Positions 9,283 through 16,872 of a stretch of 58,260 bases of DNA are shown one piece after another (within the stretch, counting starts at the first letter, position 1; each line of letters starts with the position of its first letter). This stretch comes from a bacterium. Lineage in GTDB: Bacteria; UBA9089; CG2-30-40-21; SBAY01. The translations under genes and the position numbers were made by a program. The stretch lies in assembly GCA_040757115.1 (NCBI GenBank), contig JBFLYA010000003.1:1-58260 (forward strand), in the 5' to 3' direction. The notes below the pieces were generated by a model. It made no database searches. It saw nothing but the letters and a program-made list of their open reading frames with translations, and was not told where the DNA came from.

Positions 9283-9529
9283 CGACCTGTGCGGTTAGGT
9301 TCAAATAAAATGCAAGAAGCAGATATTCAATGCTACAAACAGGTCGCTCCTACGGAGCTACAAACATATTGCTTTTGCGGAATGCTACAAACAGATTGCT
9401 CCTACGGAGCTTTATTTATATTAGCTCCAGAGGAGCGGTCTGTTTGTAGAAAGATTATATCCTTACAACATAATTAGCTCCAGAGGAGCGACCTGTGTAT
9501 TCTTTTTCTCACCCTAACCGCACAGGTGG
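9283..9529. mobile_element. 247-bp MITE carrying four REP-like palindromes
   Basis: TIRs CGACCTGTGCGGTTAGG / CCTAACCGCACAGGTGG; 8-bp target duplication ACAAATTT (9275-9282, 9530-9537); internal gctcctacggagc / gctccagaggagc hairpins. Confidence 0.88.
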
Positions 9530-9536
9530 ACAAATT

Positions 9537-10127
9537 TTATAAAGCTCCTTTTGTTGCCTCTTGAGAAATCCTCATCCTGTTCTTCAAATTTTTAACTTCA
9601 TCATTTAAGTCTTTGATTTGCTTTTTCAAGTTTTCATTTTCTGTCTTCAGTTTGTTACACTCATCTACAAGTTCATTATTGACCTTCTGTAAACTCTCCT
9701 TATCTGCATTCACTTTCTTAAGTATTTCTTCTATTTCTTTTACCTTATCTGCTTTCTGGTGATTTTGTTCTTCACTTTGTTGAAGTTTTTGAGATAAGAT
9801 TTCATTCTCCTTTGCTTTTTGAGAGATTAAACCTTCCTTTTCTTTTAATCTCCGCTGAACTTCATTAAGTTCAAATTGAAGGCTATTTATTTCTTGCCTA
9901 TGTTGTGTCTGTAGTATAGTAATCTGACTATTTAAAGAACGATTTTGAGTAGTTAGATTTTTTATTTCAGCCTTATAGCGTTCTATTTCAGTATGTAATT
10001 GTCGAATCTCTTTTTCCTGTCCTCCTAATAAGAGCGATGGGGTCCTACTCATATTAGAAACAGGAGTTGGTTTTCTTTTTCTTCGTACCCGTATATCTTT
10101 TATTTTCACACTCGAACTATTTTGCAT
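9537..10127 (-). CDS. Coiled-coil protein
   Basis: 196 aa; basic N-terminus followed by continuous heptad-like sequence; GGAG RBS. Confidence 0.75.
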   Translation of the reverse strand: MQNSSSVKIKDIRVRRKRKPTPVSNMSRTPSLLLGGQEKEIRQLHTEIERYKAEIKNLTTQNRSLNSQITILQTQHRQEINSLQFELNEVQRRLKEKEGLISQKAKENEILSQKLQQSEEQNHQKADKVKEIEEILKKVNADKESLQKVNNELVDECNKLKTENENLKKQIKDLNDEVKNLKNRMRISQEATKGAL

Positions 10128-10170
10128 GTGATTATCTCCATTAAATAGAACGGCATCGTTCCACCCACAT

Positions 10171-10305
10171 TTATCCTCCTATGAAATTATCCAATTTGGT
10201 GATTGTAACCTTAGCTACCTCACTCCACTTACCCTTTCTCTCATTATAGTCAATAGCTCTAATTCTATACTCAAGGATTTTCGTCAATCTGTTACCTCTG
10301 CCCAT
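10171..10305 (-). pseudogene. 44-codon ORF paralogous to the last FN3-like strands of the JAB protein, ending -FIGG
   Basis: MGRGNRLTKILEYRIRAIDYNERKGKWSEVAKVTITKLDNFIGG; 10201-10282 is a diverged direct repeat of 10571-10652. Confidence 0.5.
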
Positions 10306-10315
10306 TCTGCCCTAC

Positions 10316-12208
10316 TCATTTGTTTTCTTCTTTCAAACCTTCATTTCTCCTTACCCCCTCTTCACCACTATCGACATTCTGTAACGACTGGTCTTCCTTA
10401 TTTACATCTGATGGATTAGACATTTCTTCTTTTTTTACACTTGGTTGAAGTGGTTGTTGAGGTGAACCCTCATCCTTTTTTACGGTTGGACCTTTTTTTT
10501 TATCTTCCTTTTCTCTCTTTCTTGTGTTTGTATTCCAATTATTTTGCTGGCCCTTCTTTCTTTCTTCTTGGATTGTAACCTTAACCACCTTACTCCACTC
10601 CCCCTTTTCATCATTACAGCCAATAGTTCTAATTTTATACATAAGGTTTTTCTTTTGTTTTGGTGACCACTCATCGCTATATTCTTTTGAATTCCACGAA
10701 TATATATCTTTTAGTTTTTTAAAATCCTCCTCTCCCACTTTTACCTGAATTTCATAATATTTAACGGAACTATCTAAATTATCATTCCATTTCAAAATCA
10801 CAATTTTGCCATCTTTTTCCAGCTCAGCGTTGAATCCCGTAGGTGCTTCTAGTTTAGGTGGTATTGGTTCCTGTGGTATTGGTGACGAAAACTCTTTCGT
10901 ATAAGATTTATCATTTTGTAACTTGAGTGTTAAAGTATATTTGTAGTCTTTTCCCGGTAAGACATCTGTATCTTTATACTGCCCATTAATTATCTCTTGA
11001 TGACTAAGGGTTAGTGATTTATCATGCTCATTAGATGATGTTCTCTTTAAAATTCCGTCTTTGATTTCTTTTTCATCTACTCCTTTCAACTCCCATTTTA
11101 CAACTAATCCATCTTTAGATAGTTCGGGGCGCAATATATCAAATATATCATTAGAGACTGGATTACTTAGATTATCCTTTTTTTCTTGAGGGAATTCAAC
11201 AGGCCGTTCACTAGGGATTTCAACAGGTTGGAACATAAGGAAGATAAGGTAGATAAAGATGACAGCCATTACAATCATTCCACACCAAAGGATTATTTCC
11301 ATCACATCCTGGAAAGTAATTTCCTCCAGAGATTCAATAAGCTCACCCCAAATTTTTTTAATTGGATTAGGTTTTTTAGGACGGTATTGAGGTTCAGTTT
11401 TCTCATTAGATTGCCGATTTTGTCCTTTTGTAGGAATATTATTAACTCTGCGAGTTGAATAGTTATCCATGCAAGGGGAATAGTCATCCAGATAAAATTC
11501 AGCTCTACATTCTGAGTCTAACCTATCATTTTCCCAGATAAAGTATCCTGCTGTCTTCTTTTTAGGTTGAATAACCAAAGCTACATGCCAGGGCTGCATA
11601 AAATTGGTTTTCGCTAACTCTCGGTCAGGAGGAGAGAGTGAGATATCGTGACTTGGATGACTATGATACCAACCCACTTGTTTAAGATGTGAATACTTCT
11701 CTTGTTGTAGGTTTTTTACCCTATTTTTTTCTTGAGGGGTAAAGACAAAGTGGTCGTATCTGGCATTGTCATACTTCATAGGAATGGCTTCCTCAATATG
11801 AACCATATATGTTTCTCTTCCCATTTTCTTTACTGGAGGAGGCACATACCCTAACAAAATTCCTCCTGTTTCATTAGGAATTTTTTCTTGAGATTGAAAA
11901 AAGATTTTTTTGTAGACCCTCTTCACACAAAAAATTTCTACTGGAGAATTGGATACCTGCCAGGGAATCGTCTCGCCACTTATCTCTGTCTCCTTACTAT
12001 TTCGTATCCCTTTTATTCGTAGATTAGTAACATTTTGGTTCTCTTTCTCTTTACCCAATTCTTTTTCTTTCTCAGGGGGAGGTGACATAGCTGATTGAGA
12101 AGATACTTGACTCTGTCTGGGAATAGAAGGTTGTATAGATCCTATTTTATGTTCCCACTGTTCTAATCTTCTTTGTAACCAATTTTCTTCCTTTTCCTTC
12201 AAGTCCAT
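10316..12208 (-). CDS. JAB/MPN+ (Mov34) metallopeptidase with TM helix and C-terminal FN3-like domains
   Basis: NETGGILLG and JAMM motif GWYHSHPSHDISLSPPD (HxH-x7-S-x2-D); TM ILWCGMIVMAVIFIYLIFLMF; YKDTDVLPGKDYKY and APTGF...VILKW...YKIRT...GEWS. Confidence 0.88.
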   Translation of the reverse strand: MDLKEKEENWLQRRLEQWEHKIGSIQPSIPRQSQVSSQSAMSPPPEKEKELGKEKENQNVTNLRIKGIRNSKETEISGETIPWQVSNSPVEIFCVKRVYKKIFFQSQEKIPNETGGILLGYVPPPVKKMGRETYMVHIEEAIPMKYDNARYDHFVFTPQEKNRVKNLQQEKYSHLKQVGWYHSHPSHDISLSPPDRELAKTNFMQPWHVALVIQPKKKTAGYFIWENDRLDSECRAEFYLDDYSPCMDNYSTRRVNNIPTKGQNRQSNEKTEPQYRPKKPNPIKKIWGELIESLEEITFQDVMEIILWCGMIVMAVIFIYLIFLMFQPVEIPSERPVEFPQEKKDNLSNPVSNDIFDILRPELSKDGLVVKWELKGVDEKEIKDGILKRTSSNEHDKSLTLSHQEIINGQYKDTDVLPGKDYKYTLTLKLQNDKSYTKEFSSPIPQEPIPPKLEAPTGFNAELEKDGKIVILKWNDNLDSSVKYYEIQVKVGEEDFKKLKDIYSWNSKEYSDEWSPKQKKNLMYKIRTIGCNDEKGEWSKVVKVTIQEERKKGQQNNWNTNTRKREKEDKKKGPTVKKDEGSPQQPLQPSVKKEEMSNPSDVNKEDQSLQNVDSGEEGVRRNEGLKEENK

Positions 12209-12218
12209 ACTTCACCTC

Positions 12219-13079
12219 TTATATTTCAAGACTTTGCTTTTTAGTAGATTTCTCTGATGAATCCTTGTGCAATACTATTTTGACCCTTTTCTCTCCTAGT
12301 TTTAAAGGAAGTGTCAGCCCTACTCTACTTAAAGGAAAGAAGTCAGGATGTTTCTCTTTATAAGCCAAATACCATTCTTTGGCTTTAAGATTCATCCTCG
12401 GGTGGTCATCATCGAGGTTTACAGACCAATATTGTATCAATTTACAACACTGGACACAGGCATAAATCAAGTTACTGTCCAGTGGATACCATTCGAAGAA
12501 TAAGCATACATCCCTTTTCTTATCCATATTGGCATTAGGATGAAAAATATCGGTTACCGCGATTACAACTGGTCGAAGAATAGGATAATCTCGTGACAAT
12601 GTTAATCTAAGAATATGTTCATCTTCCTTTATTATTGGTTCTTTCTTATCGTCTAATCCACTAATTCCCTTTATCTTCATCAAAATAATTTCAATCTCTC
12701 CTGGAGATAGCCCCTTCACTCTTAGATGTTCAGGATTAGCCGTTGCTAACCGTAATAATCCAGCCCGGTCTTCTTGAACCCGGTTCGTGTTCTCATAGGC
12801 AGCTACTTCTGATGGGTCATATACTGAAATAACACTTCCTGGTGGGACACCCATGTTTGACAAACTATTATCAAGAAAGAGCTCCTCTTGATTCCAGAAA
12901 ACAGAGTACTGAACCTCTTGTCCCTTTTCATCATAGAGACGGATAGGATATTCTGTTCCTTGAGAGGTTCTGATAAGGTCTCTCAAGACATCTATCAAAG
13001 ATGTCTCATCATCCACTTCTACACTATACTCCTGCTGACCTTTTGGTGTAGTTACTACAAAAATAAAATTATTAATCAT
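12219..13079 (-). CDS. Ubiquitin-like (beta-grasp) domain fused to E2/UBC domain
   Basis: aa 1-94 YSVEVDDETSLIDVL...LDNSLSNMGVPPGSVISV; E2 motifs DYP..RP, IFHPN(180-182), Cys192, W and MNLKAKEWY. Confidence 0.85.
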   Translation of the reverse strand: MINNFIFVVTTPKGQQEYSVEVDDETSLIDVLRDLIRTSQGTEYPIRLYDEKGQEVQYSVFWNQEELFLDNSLSNMGVPPGSVISVYDPSEVAAYENTNRVQEDRAGLLRLATANPEHLRVKGLSPGEIEIILMKIKGISGLDDKKEPIIKEDEHILRLTLSRDYPILRPVVIAVTDIFHPNANMDKKRDVCLFFEWYPLDSNLIYACVQCCKLIQYWSVNLDDDHPRMNLKAKEWYLAYKEKHPDFFPLSRVGLTLPLKLGEKRVKIVLHKDSSEKSTKKQSLEI

Positions 13080-13110
13080 TAGTGATACACCTCCTTCAGA
13101 AGATTAGACT

Positions 13111-14226
13111 TTAACTTGACTTTTGAACGGAATAAGCAGGAAAATCCTCTTCAATCTTCCCCATTTCTCTCATTAAGAAGATTATCAAGATACCATTTGT
13201 TGGCTCCAAATCCAGAAGAGTTTCCGTTTTCTTTATGCTGAGTTTTCTTTCTGCTATTCTCTTTATCAAAGCGGGATTAATTGGTAATACGCAGTAGTTA
13301 TTGCCCACCTCTTTTATTTCAGGGATAAAAACTGGTAATAAATCTACTATTGATACATCTGCTGGCAGCCGTCCTGAATATAGTTTCAACTGAGCAAACA
13401 GAAATGAAACAGCAAATACTGTAACGATAGGTCGAAGAACTAATTCTTCACAAGGAAAGATATTCTGTTCGTAGAGTCGCTTTTCGTTGTCTATCCAAAT
13501 TCTTTTCTCTGGATGAACTAACCGATAATCTGTTATTCGAGATGCCTCTCCCTTATTCCATACTTCATTTGTTAATCTTAGGAAGTCAGGATGGTTAAAT
13601 ATTTGACTTACGGGCTGAAGACAATCTACATCAATCTCCACTCCTCCTTTTTCTCCAAATGTAGTTATCTTCATTTTAATAGACATAGGGTATGCAGTAA
13701 TACTCTCCCCTTCTTCTAAAACAAATGGAGTAGGGTCTTGTGCTTGAAGTAATTGTTTTCTACCCTTAACTAAAATGAAATTATTCCACTTAACATCTTG
13801 TTGTAGATATTGATACAGAGAATAGATAGGATACCTTCCATCCGTAGGGAAATATAATGAAAATTTTTCCCCCTGCCTATCTTTGCTAGTCCAATTAAGG
13901 ATCTCAACTACATCAGGGCTTTTAATCAATAGAAGATTTTCATGATGTCCCCTTAATTGTTCAAGAGAGAGTTTTAGATTTTTAACAATACCCCAGGAAT
14001 TACGGTTGGGAGAAAAAACAGCTACATTAGTTTGCGCTTCTCTCCACTTAATTTCAGCTAAAAGTTGTGTTTTTATGTCTTTCAAAGAGGTATTTGATGG
14101 AAACCCTCTTCTTTGTCTAAAAAGTGATGGTTGACCTTGCAACAACTCAATCCACTGGCACAGTTTATCTTCTTGTATTATCTTCCAATTACCTTCATAG
14201 GTGTATATATTAGGGAATAAATTCAT
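13111..14226 (-). CDS. Probable tandem ubiquitin-like (beta-grasp) repeat protein
   Basis: Up to four ~80-aa units: FPSNTSLKDIK..LSLEQL; FPTD..LEEGESITAYP; IDVDCLQPVSQI..RLYEQNIFPCEELVL; LPADVSIVDLL..TETLLDL. AGGAGG RBS. Confidence 0.55.
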   Translation of the reverse strand: MNLFPNIYTYEGNWKIIQEDKLCQWIELLQGQPSLFRQRRGFPSNTSLKDIKTQLLAEIKWREAQTNVAVFSPNRNSWGIVKNLKLSLEQLRGHHENLLLIKSPDVVEILNWTSKDRQGEKFSLYFPTDGRYPIYSLYQYLQQDVKWNNFILVKGRKQLLQAQDPTPFVLEEGESITAYPMSIKMKITTFGEKGGVEIDVDCLQPVSQIFNHPDFLRLTNEVWNKGEASRITDYRLVHPEKRIWIDNEKRLYEQNIFPCEELVLRPIVTVFAVSFLFAQLKLYSGRLPADVSIVDLLPVFIPEIKEVGNNYCVLPINPALIKRIAERKLSIKKTETLLDLEPTNGILIIFLMREMGKIEEDFPAYSVQKSS

Positions 14227-14250
14227 TTCTTATACCTCCTCTTCTTTCCT

Positions 14251-14922
14251 TTAACTCTTCGTCTTTTTATAACTTCTGAGATTAATTTTGCACTCAGGAT
14301 TGAGGCATCTCCAGCGATTAGGTACTCCCCAACAATCTATACATAAGATAGTATCACAGTTAGGGCACTTTCTTAAGTCCAAGCTCTGTCCATCGCTTCC
14401 ACTATTTCTTCGACAGAGTGGACATATATAGTTAGGTATCAATAGAGTATTACCAAGTGCCTCTGGTATAGGTTCAAATTGAGTAGATGGAATAGCTGTT
14501 CTGACTACTTTATCTTTTTTACCATACGCTGGGAAAAATATAATCGTGAGCACCCCTATTATTACTCCTACCGCACTTGCTATTAAAATCAGAGAATGCT
14601 CATCAATGAATTTGTTTAATTCTACTTGAGAGATTTGTAGAATCAAATAAAAGAACAATAGAAAATTTCCTATTCCACAACCTATACCTTGCACTAGAAC
14701 AGTTAGAAGTCTCCACCTTTGAACCGACCTCAGTAGAAGAGCAATAACACATCCTACTACAAATTGGAGAATACCAAATACTATCCATGGAACCTTCACC
14801 CAAAAGAGTATCCCTCCTAATATTGCACCAAATAAGCTTATCACTCCTGAAACACCAAAATTTCTAATCTTATCCATATTCTGTTTTAATCTTCTCATGA
14901 ACAGATTTTTTCTCCTTTTCAT
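14251..14922 (-). CDS. Multi-TM membrane protein with C-terminal RING-like zinc finger (putative E3)
   Basis: About four TM helices, then C-x2-C-x15-C-x2-C-x4-C-x2-CW-x7-C-x4-C (aa 167-211); ATGA overlap with the E1 stop. Confidence 0.75.
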   Translation of the reverse strand: MKRRKNLFMRRLKQNMDKIRNFGVSGVISLFGAILGGILFWVKVPWIVFGILQFVVGCVIALLLRSVQRWRLLTVLVQGIGCGIGNFLLFFYLILQISQVELNKFIDEHSLILIASAVGVIIGVLTIIFFPAYGKKDKVVRTAIPSTQFEPIPEALGNTLLIPNYICPLCRRNSGSDGQSLDLRKCPNCDTILCIDCWGVPNRWRCLNPECKINLRSYKKTKS

Positions 14923-16187
14923 TCAAAATTCATAACCTCCATTTCATCACCAGTCAATTCATAGAATTTACTTATACTTTTCTTTCCATCATCTATTACT
15001 GCCTCTAAGATATCCAGTTGACGCAGTCCTCCTTGTGTTAAGGTCAAATTAAGGAAATCAACATTTTCATCTAACTCACTCACAGACTTAGCTATTTCTT
15101 GAGGTGTCCCACAATGAGAGCAACTTTGATGCTCTATAAATACATACGGGGATTGATAAACCTTCTCAGTCTTTTTGCAATTAGGACAGGAGGCAGAGAT
15201 TACCAAATCATACCAAAGACTAATTCTTGCCTTCTTACCCAAATCCTTTTTAACTTTTTCAAGTAACTCGCCAATAGTGGTAGAATTAGAGTTAAACTCT
15301 TTAACCTCAATTATATCTTTTTCTGGGATAGGGGAACGAATTTGATGAATAAGACACTTTGGGTTACGGCGACGAGTAAATACTTCCATTTTATGGTCTT
15401 GTGTATCTATGTGAATAATCTTATTCAATAATGGTGTTATTTCTTCATTATTCATTAAAATTTTAAGTCCTTCTTGTACCTGAAGAGCACCAATAAGAGA
15501 AGCCATCATAGGTGTAGAAGGGACAAATCCTCTTTTTTCAGATTCTCTCTCAATTTCAGCGCAGATAACCCCTCTGCCTGTTCCTTTTTCCAGAATCTCC
15601 TTTACCATCTCTGATGATAGAGAACAAGCATAACAAGCTCCTGCAGGAACATCAAAAACTGTTACTGCTCCCCGTAAGACATTAACATCATTTAACCCGG
15701 CATCAATCCATGGTTTTTTAACCCGGATACAGGCATCGTTTAAAATAATACGGGGCAGGCGGCTGTCAAAATCACAAAAAATAAGGTCCATTCTACGCAA
15801 TACTCCTAAACCAAGTGAAGCAATATTCCCATGAAAAGTAGCTACTTTAACATCAGGATTAACTTCCTTTATTTGCTCAGCTACTACCTCTACTTTAGAA
15901 CGGCCAATATCTCTTTGGCGAAACATTATAGACCTGGTTAAATTAGAGAGCTCTATAATTTCCTTATCAACAAGTAAAATCTTACCACAGCCAATAAGAG
16001 CTAAGTTTTTAGCCACTTCATTGCCAATGGCTCCTACTCCACCTATCAGAGCCGTACTATTCTTAACCACACCTTGTTTCCACCCGTGGATAGTTTCTAA
16101 TCTAGAATATCTTTCTTTATCCTCATCCTCTTTATCTTTTTTACTGATAGAAATTTGCTTTTTGAGTGTTTTGGGTATTATATCCAT
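14919..16187 (-). CDS. ThiF/MoeB-family E1-like adenylyltransferase with C-terminal zinc-ribbon extension
   Basis: RYSR, GGVGAIGNEVAKNLAL, ELSNLTR, GRSK, CYAC, putative catalytic Cys in VICAE, PKCLIH, CPNC/CSHC. Start placed at ATG 16187 (GAGG RBS, downstream of the promoter). Confidence 0.93.
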   Translation of the reverse strand: MDIIPKTLKKQISISKKDKEDEDKERYSRLETIHGWKQGVVKNSTALIGGVGAIGNEVAKNLALIGCGKILLVDKEIIELSNLTRSIMFRQRDIGRSKVEVVAEQIKEVNPDVKVATFHGNIASLGLGVLRRMDLIFCDFDSRLPRIILNDACIRVKKPWIDAGLNDVNVLRGAVTVFDVPAGACYACSLSSEMVKEILEKGTGRGVICAEIERESEKRGFVPSTPMMASLIGALQVQEGLKILMNNEEITPLLNKIIHIDTQDHKMEVFTRRRNPKCLIHQIRSPIPEKDIIEVKEFNSNSTTIGELLEKVKKDLGKKARISLWYDLVISASCPNCKKTEKVYQSPYVFIEHQSCSHCGTPQEIAKSVSELDENVDFLNLTLTQGGLRQLDILEAVIDDGKKSISKFYELTGDEMEVMNFE

Positions 16188-16207
16188 TTGTGCCTCATTA
16201 TGAAAAT

Positions 16208-16236
16208 ATTTTACCACAAATTTTGTCCTTTGTCAA
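16208..16236 (-). promoter_or_regulatory. Sigma-70 promoter of the Ubl operon
   Basis: TTGACA-17 bp-TAAAAT with extended -10 TG, 20 bp upstream of the E1 ATG. Confidence 0.8.
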
Positions 16237-16538
16237 CAAAAAATTCGGCTTTTTAAATCCAAAAATTAGTATCGAAAATCTGCTCGATTAGGACAAAATC
16301 ATAAAAATGGACATTGCCAATAGTGATTTTGGACACACTTATCCCACGGAAGGTAATTGAAAGGTCATAAAAGAAAGAACTAAAAAGCAGGTGAGAACTA
16401 CGACGGGTATCATCTTCCATGCCAGGAACCATTATAAAACCATCTCTTAGCCCCTGGCATATTCTTCAGGGCTTCCTCAATATCTTCTTTTTTGGGTGGT
16501 ATCTGAAAATAACGCTAATAGTGAAATTTATGCAGATT

Positions 16539-16735
16539 TGGTGTAAAAAAGAGGATAAGGAGATAAGGGCGATATGGAGATAAGATAATAGAAATAGATT
16601 GAAATTTATAGAAATAGGTAGAAATTGATTGTGGAAAACAACAAATTTCCATAAATTTCTATTAGTTTCTACTAATTTCAATTTTTTTAATAATATCTCC
16701 CTATCTCCTTAATCTCCACATCTCCTTTTCGGACA
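16539..16735. repeat. Long imperfect palindromic repeat element
   Basis: Purine-rich arm (gataaggagataagggcgatatggagat...gaaattt) mirrored by a pyrimidine-rich arm (aaatttc...atctccctatctccttaatctcc); related element at 49688-49810. Confidence 0.6.
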
Positions 16736-16805
16736 CTATTTCAACCTTTATGCTAGATTAAGACACCACCAAATATTTCAATACTCATAAGATTCAAGCA
16801 GTAGA

Positions 16806-16838
16806 GAGAGGCAGGTCTAAAATAAAAACCTGCCTCTC
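16806..16838 (-). terminator. Hairpin downstream of the surface-protein gene copy (terminator or stability element)
   Basis: 11-bp perfect stem ~35 bp after the stop codon; no clear U-tract. Confidence 0.5.
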
Positions 16839-16872
16839 CCAACAATAAAGGGGTGAGAAAAAGGACATATTT

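Noticed and set aside
14919-16187. E1 as ordinary ThiF/MoeB of thiamine or molybdopterin synthesis
   Set aside because: No thiS/moaD/thiG/moaE nearby; it has a long C-terminal extension and is coupled to RING, E2 and JAB genes.
10316-16187. CBASS/Pycsar Cap2-Cap3 module
   Set aside because: No nucleotide cyclase or effector is visible, and E1 and E2 are separate genes.
16257-16515. Possible coding remnant upstream of the E1 promoter
   Set aside because: A minus-strand frame reads protein-like (MVPGMEDDTRRSSHLLF...) but I recognise no family or clear start.
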